From the NCBI GenBank assembly GCA_039714075.1, contig JBDLKA010000093.1, positions 1-12,914 of the forward strand: 12,914 bases of DNA, in the 5' to 3' direction. The notes beneath the pieces were generated by a model. It ran no database searches, had not been told where the DNA came from, and was given only the letters and a program-made list of their open reading frames with translations. The DNA comes from Candidatus Krumholzibacteriota bacterium (GTDB lineage Bacteria > Krumholzibacteriota > Krumholzibacteriia > LZORAL124-64-63). A program made the position numbers and the translations under genes. Below, piece after piece: positions 6,020-12,914 of this stretch (positions within the stretch are counted from its first letter, which is position 1; the number at the start of each line of letters is the position of its first letter).

Positions 6020-7669
6020 ATGGCTATTGTTAATAATTTCCAGAAGTATCGCCGAAATGAGGGGGCCCCTGTTGCCGTTCTTGCCCTCATGATCATGATG
6101 GGAGCCCTCTTTTTCGCCAACGTGGGAGCGGCGGAACTACTCCGGTTCGAACATCCGGAAACCCTGGATTCCATTTATCAAAACCGTGAAAACCGACCCA
6201 TCTGGGTTTCCGGCGGTGAATTGAATCCATCCGCCACGACTTTCCTTGCCATTCTGCGGAACGCCGATCGGGAGGGTTTGCGGCCCTCCGATTACCTCGA
6301 AGGCATCCTGAACTGCCTCGCCGACCATTCCGACCCCCCGGACATCGAACGTCGATTGACCGACACCTTTCTTTCCTTCGGCCTCGATCTGGCCCGGGGC
6401 CGGATCGACCCCCAGCTGGTTTACGACCGCTGGGACGATTCGAGCAGTTTGACGTGCACCATCAGGATCCTGGCTGACATGATGATCTCGGCCCCGGCGG
6501 GCTGGGAGAATCCGGGGTTCGATCCGGACCCGGCCCTGGACCGGATAAGACCCGATCACTTCGATTACCAGCGGTTGCGGACCGCCCTGGGTCATTACCG
6601 CCAGGAGGCCCTTTCCGGAAAAAGGCCGGCCATACCAGGGGGTGAAATTCTTCGCTTGGGCGACCTGAGCCCCCGTGTTCCGCTGTTGCGGGTCCGCCTG
6701 ACCGGAACAGCCGGATCGGAATCGTTCGACGACGACCTGGCCGGGGTCGTGCGTTCCTTCCAGGACAGACACGGTTTGCAAGTTGACGGGTTGGTGGGAG
6801 AAAAGACCCTGGCCGCCCTCAACGAGACGGCGGGCCGGAAGGCCGATCGGATCGCCATGAACATGGAACGGATCCGGTGGCTTCCCGAGGAACCGGACAC
6901 TCCGTTCATCAGGGTGAACATTCCCTCCTGTCGCCTGGACCTGATGGACCAGGGCCGCTCGGTCCTTTCCATGAGGACCATCGTGGGCCGTCCGGACCGC
7001 CCTACTCCCGTCATGATCGACGAGATCGTCTGGCTTGAAATCAACCCCTACTGGAACGTCCCCCAGAAGCTGGTCCGGAGGGATATTCTGCCCAAAATTC
7101 TCAAGGATTCCGGTTATCTCACTGACCGCGAATTTCGCGTTTTCGAGACCTGGGAGAGTGGGGCCGAGGAAATCGAGATCGACCGGATCGACTGGGCAAG
7201 TCTCGATAGCTGGGACATCGCCTTCCGGTTCCGACAGGATCCCGGGCCGCGGAATCCGTTGGGACGCATGAAGTTTCTGTTTCCCAACAAGTTCAGTATC
7301 TACCTCCATGACACGAATCAGAGAGACAGCTTTCGGCGGGACACCCGGTTTCTTTCCTCAGGGTGCGTCCGATTGGAAGATCCCGACAGCCTTGCCCGTT
7401 CCCTCTTCCAGGTAGAGGATCTTGCCGCCCTGGTCGAATCAGGGGAAAACCGGACCCTCGGGCTGGGAAAGAGGGTTCCCATTTTCCTGGTTTATCAGAC
7501 CGTCTGGATCGACGATTCCGGCGAGGTCAATTTCGCGCCCGACGTCTACGGTTACGATGCCAGAATGATGGAACTTCTGGATGGCCGAGGCGCAAGGACC
7601 CTGGTATCGAACCGGCAGGCCGTGATCCTGCCTACCAGGTCCGGACCGGACCTACATCCACGTGAATGA
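6020..7669 (+). CDS. ycbB: Murein L,D-transpeptidase, YcbB/LdtD type (scaffold + PG-binding + YkuD catalytic domain)
   Basis: Signal-peptide-like N-terminus (..VAVLALMIMMGALFFANVGA-A). PG-binding motif VRSFQDRHGLQVDGLVGEKTLAALN; also NMERIRW, IRVNIP, IVGRPDRPTP, NPYWNVP, RQDPGPRNPLGRMKFLFPN and catalytic IYLHDT...LSSGCVRL. Start is uncertain (ATG 5987 or 6020). Confidence 0.92.
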   Translation: MAIVNNFQKYRRNEGAPVAVLALMIMMGALFFANVGAAELLRFEHPETLDSIYQNRENRPIWVSGGELNPSATTFLAILRNADREGLRPSDYLEGILNCLADHSDPPDIERRLTDTFLSFGLDLARGRIDPQLVYDRWDDSSSLTCTIRILADMMISAPAGWENPGFDPDPALDRIRPDHFDYQRLRTALGHYRQEALSGKRPAIPGGEILRLGDLSPRVPLLRVRLTGTAGSESFDDDLAGVVRSFQDRHGLQVDGLVGEKTLAALNETAGRKADRIAMNMERIRWLPEEPDTPFIRVNIPSCRLDLMDQGRSVLSMRTIVGRPDRPTPVMIDEIVWLEINPYWNVPQKLVRRDILPKILKDSGYLTDREFRVFETWESGAEEIEIDRIDWASLDSWDIAFRFRQDPGPRNPLGRMKFLFPNKFSIYLHDTNQRDSFRRDTRFLSSGCVRLEDPDSLARSLFQVEDLAALVESGENRTLGLGKRVPIFLVYQTVWIDDSGEVNFAPDVYGYDARMMELLDGRGARTLVSNRQAVILPTRSGPDLHPRE

Positions 7670-8177
7670 AATCGGGACCGGGATAGAATCCCACCCCGCC
7701 CTGTCCCAGATGAAGAGCGGCGGCATGGAGGTCCTTCAGGGGGACAGCCGGCATCCTGATGTCCACCGCTTTCCCCAGAAGGTGATAGCTCTTCCTGGCG
7801 ACATTCGGCGACTTCCGGCGCAGCATGGAGTTGGTCCGCGGAGACCGGAAACCGGATATCACCTGGAATTCGGGGGCCGCCCCCAGGCTGGAAGCCAGGT
7901 CGCTGAGCAGAACCAGCAGCCGCGTATCGATGTCCTTGACCTGGTTGGTGCGGAAATCACGCAGAAGGTGGTTGATCCTGTCCAATCCCTCCGGCAGATA
8001 TTGCCCCGCCGACCAGTAGACCTGGTCCACCTTTTCTCCGGTCCTGACACTGGTCAGGGACAGGAAACGGGAGGGCTCCGCGGGGACATCGGCCAGGGCG
8101 AACGCCGACTTGTTCAGCCCCATTATTCCGCCCAGAATGGCCAGGTTGGATATTTTACAGAAGTGCCGGCGGTTCAT
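7632..8177 (-). CDS. ycbK: YcbK/MepK family (DUF882, peptidase M15) Tat-exported peptidoglycan endopeptidase, 181 aa
   Basis: Start reassigned to ATG 8177, giving the Tat signal MNRRHFCK...SAFA. Motifs RTGEK...YW..G.Y, INHLLRDFR, VISGFRSPRTN, SYHLLGKAVD, GGVGFYP and FIHVDVGPVRTW (Zn ligands H/D/H). Confidence 0.92.
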   Translation of the reverse strand: MNRRHFCKISNLAILGGIMGLNKSAFALADVPAEPSRFLSLTSVRTGEKVDQVYWSAGQYLPEGLDRINHLLRDFRTNQVKDIDTRLLVLLSDLASSLGAAPEFQVISGFRSPRTNSMLRRKSPNVARKSYHLLGKAVDIRMPAVPLKDLHAAALHLGQGGVGFYPGPDFIHVDVGPVRTW

Positions 8178-8382
8178 TTCCTCATGGTCCGGTTCGCTGC
8201 CGAGGCAGACAGATTCCGTCCTGTGACGGGGGAATAGTGTTACATTCCACGATCCAAAGCAAAACATATGCCGGAGAAAAATCCGGCCCGGGGCGAACAT
8301 CACGTAACCAATTGGCGGCAATTGGCGTATGATTCCGGATTCCGGCCAGCATTATCAACCGCCCCGGCGACATGGATGATTC

Positions 8383-9678
8383 ATGACCCAGTTTCCAGCC
8401 TTTCTCCAGCGCACTTTCCGGGTCCGGGCGGACGAAGTCCGACCAGTCCTTCTGTCGGCCCTCCTGTTCTACACCCTGATGACCAGCTACAACATCCTCA
8501 AGCCCATCCGTGACACCATGGGGCTGGCCGGGGGCGTGCGCGACCTGGAGAACCTGTTCCTGTTCACCCTGGGTGCCATGGCCCTGGTGGCGCCGGCCAT
8601 CGGCTTCCTGGTGCGGCGCTTCCCCCGGGAAAGATTCATCCCCATCGCCTACCGGTTCTGCGCCCTGAACCTGGCGGTGTTCTTCCTGGTGCTGCGGATG
8701 ACGGGCGAAGACTCCCTGCTGATGACCGGCCGCGTGTTCTACGTCTGGGTCAGCGTGTTCAACCTGTTCGTCCTGTCGCTGTTCTGGGCCTTTATGGCCG
8801 ACGGCTTCGGTTACCAGCGGAGCCGGCGCGTTTTCGGACTCATCGCCATCGGGGGCACGCTCGGCTCCATGCTCGGCAACGGGGTCACGCGGCTGTTCAT
8901 CGGGCTGCTCGGGGAAGCCAACCTGGTCCTGCTGTCCATCCTGTTCCTGGAGGGATCGGTCTGGCTGGTCAAGTACCTGTCCCCCCGTTTCAGGGAGGCG
9001 GGATTCCACGACGAGGGGGCCCATGACCGACCCGTGGCCAAGGCCGAAGGGGGCGGCCCTTTGGCCGGGATCTCGCTGGTGTTCCGCTCCTCTTTCCTGG
9101 GCGGAATCGCCGGCTACATCTTCCTGTACACCTTCATCGGGACCCTGCTGTATTTCCTGCGGTCAGAGGTGGTCGACGTCCTCGTCCCGGGCCGGGACGA
9201 CCGGACGGCCATGTTCGCGGACATCTACTTCTGGACCAACACCCTGACCCTCGCCGGCCAGCTTTTCCTGACCGGCCGGTTCCTGCGCCGGTTCGGGGCC
9301 GGGGCCGCCCTGGTGCTGCTGCCGCTGGCCATCGCCGCGGGCTCCGCGCTCCTGGCCACCTACCCGACCCTGGCGGTGCTGGTCGTCTTCGAGGTCACCC
9401 GCCGGGCCGGCAACTACGCGCTCGTAAAACCCGCACGGGAAACCCTGTTCACCCTGGTCGACCGCAACGTGCGCTACAAGGCCAAGAACTTCATCGACAC
9501 CTTCGTCTACCGGGGCGGCGACGCCCTGGGCGCCCTGACCTTCAAGCTGCTGGGAATCCTGGGGATCGGCGTGGCGGGCACCGCGCTGGTCACAGTGCCC
9601 CTGTCCCTGGTTTGGGGTGCGGTGGGATTCTATCTGGGGCGGCGCCAGAAACAGCTGGCGGCCGGCCGGAACGACTGA
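8383..9678 (+). CDS. MFS-fold transporter resembling the ATP:ADP antiporter (NTT/TLC, AAA) family, 431 aa
   Basis: About 12 hydrophobic segments, plus motifs SYNILKPIRD, FYVWVSVFNLFVLSLFW.FMAD.F...S.R.FGLIA.GG and RR..NYALVKPARETLF......YKAKNFIDTFVYRGGD characteristic of bacterial NTT-like homologues. Substrate cannot be determined from sequence. Confidence 0.82.
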   Translation: MTQFPAFLQRTFRVRADEVRPVLLSALLFYTLMTSYNILKPIRDTMGLAGGVRDLENLFLFTLGAMALVAPAIGFLVRRFPRERFIPIAYRFCALNLAVFFLVLRMTGEDSLLMTGRVFYVWVSVFNLFVLSLFWAFMADGFGYQRSRRVFGLIAIGGTLGSMLGNGVTRLFIGLLGEANLVLLSILFLEGSVWLVKYLSPRFREAGFHDEGAHDRPVAKAEGGGPLAGISLVFRSSFLGGIAGYIFLYTFIGTLLYFLRSEVVDVLVPGRDDRTAMFADIYFWTNTLTLAGQLFLTGRFLRRFGAGAALVLLPLAIAAGSALLATYPTLAVLVVFEVTRRAGNYALVKPARETLFTLVDRNVRYKAKNFIDTFVYRGGDALGALTFKLLGILGIGVAGTALVTVPLSLVWGAVGFYLGRRQKQLAAGRND

Positions 9679-10941
9679 TCAGCCGGCGACGGGATCCCTG
9701 CCGATGGGCATGGTCATGCAGCGGCAGCCTCCCCCGCCGCGAGCCAGTTCCGAGCCGTCGATGGTGACCACGCAGCGCCCCGCCTGGTCGAGGTCGGCCT
9801 CGCCGGCAATGACCTCCCGCGCCGGAACCACCGCGAAGCCCGCGTTGGATAGTTCCTCGATGGTGTTTTCGTTCCGCCCGTAACCGATGACCTGGCCGGG
9901 GGCCAGCGCGAAGAAATTGGCTCCGCTGTGCCACTGCTCCCTTTCCTGCAGCCAGCGGTCGGAACGCCCGCCGCAGAACAGGGGCTCGAATTCCATTCCC
10001 AGCTTGCCCAGGGCGGACAGGAGATTGTCCTCTTCCTTGATCTCGACCACCCGGCCATCCTCGATGTGGATGTGCACCGTGTCGTAGCGGTGGGTCTGCA
10101 TGACCACCGGCTCGTAGACCATGCAGAGGTTGCGGTCCAGGAAAGTGAAAACCATGTCCAGGTGGATGAACGACTCCGGAGTCCGGGGCAGTTCCTGGAC
10201 CACCATGTGCACCCGCCGGTTCAACCCCTTGAACCGTTCGATCAGGAAATCCACCGCCTTGCGCGAAGTGCGCGCCCCGGTGCCGATGACCAGCACTTCG
10301 GGACCCGCCACCTGGACGTCCCCGCCCTCGATGGTCAAACCGGGATCGGCGCCCCCCAGACGGGCGGGGTTGACGGTGCTGGCATTGAAGCCGGGATGGT
10401 AATCGAAAATGGCCTCGAGAATGCGCGCTTCCCGGCCCCGGACCTTGTTGGCCATGCGGGCGATCAGAACCTTGTCCCGGACCGCGACCCCCGCGTCGCG
10501 GGTGAAGAAGAAGTTGTGCAACGGCGGCAGGGAGTAGCGGTCCCGGCTCAGGAAACGGGACAGGTTGTCCTTAACCAGTTCCACGCCTTCGATCAGGACC
10601 CGCGCCAGTTCCTTTGCGTCCAGGCCCTGCAGGCTGTCGGCGATATCGGCCACGTCTTCGGCCTCGCAGATCCGGCGCACCAACTCCGCACGCACCCGGT
10701 TGTTGCCCAGGATTTCCCCCAGCAGGTCCCTGATCTGGAATACCCGGCAACGTTTTTCCAGGACACCCTGAAGCTGGAGGTATTCCTCCCTGGCCACCGA
10801 CAGGTTCAGGATGTCGCTGTAAAGCGCCCTTTCGGCAGTTTCCGGGGTCATGTTGGCCACTTCCGGGCCCGGACTGTGCAGGATCACTCCGGTCAGGCGT
10901 CCGATCTCCGATTCCACCCTGATGTCGAATTTGTCGTCCAT
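9679..10941 (-). CDS. arcA: Arginine deiminase, 420 aa
   Basis: V.SEIGRL..VILHSPG.E...TP.....LY.DI, N.FFTRD, IEGGD, FIHLD.VFT and ELARGGGG.RCMTMP (catalytic Cys/His/Asp/Glu). Start reassigned to ATG 10941 with SD GGAG; the track's extension to 11460 is antisense to the PilZ gene. Confidence 0.93.
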   Translation of the reverse strand: MDDKFDIRVESEIGRLTGVILHSPGPEVANMTPETAERALYSDILNLSVAREEYLQLQGVLEKRCRVFQIRDLLGEILGNNRVRAELVRRICEAEDVADIADSLQGLDAKELARVLIEGVELVKDNLSRFLSRDRYSLPPLHNFFFTRDAGVAVRDKVLIARMANKVRGREARILEAIFDYHPGFNASTVNPARLGGADPGLTIEGGDVQVAGPEVLVIGTGARTSRKAVDFLIERFKGLNRRVHMVVQELPRTPESFIHLDMVFTFLDRNLCMVYEPVVMQTHRYDTVHIHIEDGRVVEIKEEDNLLSALGKLGMEFEPLFCGGRSDRWLQEREQWHSGANFFALAPGQVIGYGRNENTIEELSNAGFAVVPAREVIAGEADLDQAGRCVVTIDGSELARGGGGCRCMTMPIGRDPVAG

Positions 10942-10995
10942 CTCGTCTCCAACATTGAAAACCGCTCGAAAAGCTTGTTTCTCCTTGGCCTGCCC

Positions 10996-11024
10996 AGAGT
11001 AAACCCAGTTGGGGGGAAGGGCAA
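10996..11024 (-). promoter_or_regulatory. Sigma70-like promoter for arcA
   Basis: Minus strand TTGCCC (11024-11019), 17-bp spacer, TACTCT (11001-10996), about 55 nt upstream of the ATG. Confidence 0.45.
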
Positions 11025-11136
11025 CCTCCCCCGTTTCAGGGCCGGATTTCCGGGGTGCGGATACACCCATTCCGGGCTCAAGTCCGTGGGACCATGGTCG
11101 ATAAATGGTGGGTAGAGCCACCCTGAAAGGACAGAC

Positions 11137-11481
11137 ATGGAAGACTATCGCCATCGACCGCGAAAAAACACACCCCACAAGGTAAAAGTGCTCATGGCCG
11201 ATTCCGGGCACCTGGTGGGCCGTGTTGTCGATATCACCGCCGACGGCATGATGCTTGTCACCAAGGATGATATCAAGGTCGGCAAGCATTACGAATTCCG
11301 GATCATCCTTCCGGTCATGGTCCACCACCGCACGGATGTCACCCTGGAAGCCCGAGCCATCTGGAAACATTCGGACGGCAATCCGGACTACAGCAAATGC
11401 GGCTTCAAGTTCGTCAACCTTCCGGGCGAAGAGGGTTTCCTCCTCGAGGACGTGATGCACAAACTGAACCTGGTCGGCTGA
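11137..11481 (+). CDS. Single-domain PilZ protein (putative c-di-GMP receptor), 114 aa
   Basis: RxxxR (RHRPR) and D-x-S/T-x-x-G (DITADG) motifs, a beta-rich body ending ..ARAIWK.....YSKCGFKF, and SD AAAGGA. Confidence 0.88.
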   Translation: MEDYRHRPRKNTPHKVKVLMADSGHLVGRVVDITADGMMLVTKDDIKVGKHYEFRIILPVMVHHRTDVTLEARAIWKHSDGNPDYSKCGFKFVNLPGEEGFLLEDVMHKLNLVG

Positions 11482-11522
11482 CCAGATCCCTGCCTGAAGG
11501 CAGACCCCCGGTTTTCCAATTG

Positions 11523-11548
11523 AGCCCTTCCCTCCTGAAGGGCTTTTT
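11523..11548 (+). terminator. Intrinsic terminator after the PilZ gene
   Basis: AGCCCTTC-CCTCCT-GAAGGGCT (8-bp perfect stem) followed by TTTTCTT, 41 nt after the stop codon. Confidence 0.7.
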
Positions 11549-11674
11549 CTTCAGAGATCATTCTTCAGGAATTCATCGCCAGGCCGCCTTGATTCTGGTT
11601 GAATAAATCCAGCGACCGGCGGGTATCACTCCCGTCTACAGTTGATTCTCCGCCATACCTGTTAGGAGAAACCG

Positions 11675-12124
11675 ATGACCTTCAATCCCGTGCTGATCTG
11701 GTTCCTGGCCGGGCTGGCCCTGCTGCTTTTCGAATTCACGGTTCCCGGCGTCATTCTGGTGTTTTTCGGCATCGGTGCCTGGATCACCGCCCTGACCACC
11801 TGGGTCGGCCTGACGGACGGCTGGACCTCCCAGCTTCTGACCTTCGCCGTCAGTTCCGTGCTGATGCTGGTCTTTTTGCGGCGCTGGTTCCGCGACCGTT
11901 TTTTCGGGCATAAGACCGGCGACCAGAACCCCCAGGACAACCTGGACGAGTTCAAGGGACAGGTGGTGGTCGTGACCATGGACATCGACCCGGACCAGGG
12001 CGGCAAGGTCGAATACAAGGGCGCCGACTGGAGCGCGCGGTGCGACACCGCCCTGCCGGCGGGCGCGCGGGCGGTCATCCAGTCCGCCGACGGCATCACC
12101 CTGATGGTCCGGCCGGAACAATAG
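11675..12124 (+). CDS. NfeD-like (YbbJ-type, short NfeD) membrane protein, 149 aa
   Basis: IWFLAGLALLLFEF.VPG...FFGIGA N-terminal TM helices and a C-terminal OB-fold G....V....I....G.V...G..W.A......G..V.I....G.TL.V. SD AGGAGA; directly upstream of an SPFH gene, the canonical pairing. Confidence 0.9.
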   Translation: MTFNPVLIWFLAGLALLLFEFTVPGVILVFFGIGAWITALTTWVGLTDGWTSQLLTFAVSSVLMLVFLRRWFRDRFFGHKTGDQNPQDNLDEFKGQVVVVTMDIDPDQGGKVEYKGADWSARCDTALPAGARAVIQSADGITLMVRPEQ

Positions 12125-12171
12125 AAACCCCGACCCCAGTTGTCCGCACGATATTTAACAGGAGGATTGCC

Positions 12172-12914
12172 ATGAATGCAGGACCAATCATTGCCGCGGG
12201 AATCGTTGTTCTGGTCATCATTACCCTGATCAATACCGCACGCATCGTTCCGCAGAAGAAAGCCTACATCGTCGAACGGCTGGGCAAGTATTCCCGGACC
12301 CTGAATGCCGGGTTCCACATCCTGACGCCGTTCATGGACCGGGTGGCCTACAAGCATTCGCTGAAGGAAGTCGCGGTCGATGTTCCGCCACAGATGTGTA
12401 TCACGAGGGACAACATCGCCGTGGAAGTGGACGGCGTGCTGTACCTGCAGGTGGTCGATCCGGTCAAATCGAGCTACGGCATCGAGAATTTCCTCTTCGC
12501 CTCGACGCAGCTTTCCCAGACGACCATGCGTTCGGAAATCGGCAAGCTGGAACTGGACCGCACCTTCGAGGAGCGCGATGCCATCAACCACTCGATCATC
12601 GCGGCGGTGGACAAGGCCTCCGACCCCTGGGGTGTGAAGATCACCCGTTACGAGATCAAGAACATCCACCCGCCCCAGACCGTGCGTGACGCTCTGGAGA
12701 AACAGATGCGCGCCGAGCGCGAGAAACGCGCCACGATCGCCGAATCCGAGGGTGAACGCCAGGCCAAGATCAACGTAGCCGAAGGCACCAAGCAGGAGGC
12801 CATCAAGAACTCCGAGGGCGAGAAGATGAAGCGCATCAACGAGGCCGAAGGCCGCGCCCAGGAGATCGAACTGGTGGCCACCGCCACGGCCAACGGAATC
12901 CGCAGGATCGCCGA
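12172..12914 (+). CDS. SPFH/band-7 stomatin-like (paraslipin/QmcA-type) protein; truncated by the right edge
   Basis: Not in the ORF track; manual translation MNAGPIIAAGIVVLVIITLINTARIVPQKKAYIVERLGKYSRTLNAGFHILTPFMDRVAYKHSLKE...CITRDNIAVEVDGVLYLQVVDP..SSYG...QLSQTTMRSEIGKLELDRTFEER...WGVKITRYEIKNI.PP....ALEKQMRAEREKRA.I.ESEG. Strong SD AGGAGG. Confidence 0.95.
   Translation, partial: MNAGPIIAAGIVVLVIITLINTARIVPQKKAYIVERLGKYSRTLNAGFHILTPFMDRVAYKHSLKEVAVDVPPQMCITRDNIAVEVDGVLYLQVVDPVKSSYGIENFLFASTQLSQTTMRSEIGKLELDRTFEERDAINHSIIAAVDKASDPWGVKITRYEIKNIHPPQTVRDALEKQMRAEREKRATIAESEGERQAKINVAEGTKQEAIKNSEGEKMKRINEAEGRAQEIELVATATANGIRRIA

Noticed and set aside
8270..8350. Short palindromes (CCAATTGG, CCGGATTCCGG) in the ycbK-transporter spacer
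   Set aside because: Too short to distinguish from chance, and no matching known operator.
10942..11460. 173-aa N-terminal extension of arginine deiminase in the ORF track
   Set aside because: Antisense to the PilZ gene; ADI homology and a good SD begin at ATG 10941.
6137..12669. Antisense ORFs 6137-7309, 7662-8237, 8182-9024, 9928-11115, 11636-12121 and 11662-12669
   Set aside because: Each lies opposite a well-supported gene and has no family motifs or SD.

Overview
GC-rich bacterial chromosomal window with no mobile-element genes, CRISPR array, rRNA or tRNA. The left 5 kb (minus strand) is a translationally coupled tyrosine/homogentisate catabolic operon: hppD, hmgA, a 320-aa unknown gene, fahA and an acetoacetate-CoA ligase that runs off the window. 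The unknown gene sits where maleylacetoacetate isomerase (maiA) is expected, and no maiA is present in the window, so it is the best candidate for an undescribed enzyme. An AT-rich divergent spacer follows, holding two near-identical 21-bp boxes in inverted orientation around a strong terminator-like hairpin. Next come a dodecin, a decayed DUF937-like remnant missed by the ORF track, a convergent overlapping YcbB L,D-transpeptidase / YcbK peptidase pair, an NTT/AAA-like MFS transporter, a lone arginine deiminase, a single-domain PilZ protein, and an NfeD + SPFH (stomatin-like) pair truncated at the right edge. All family calls come from motif recognition by eye; no searches were run.
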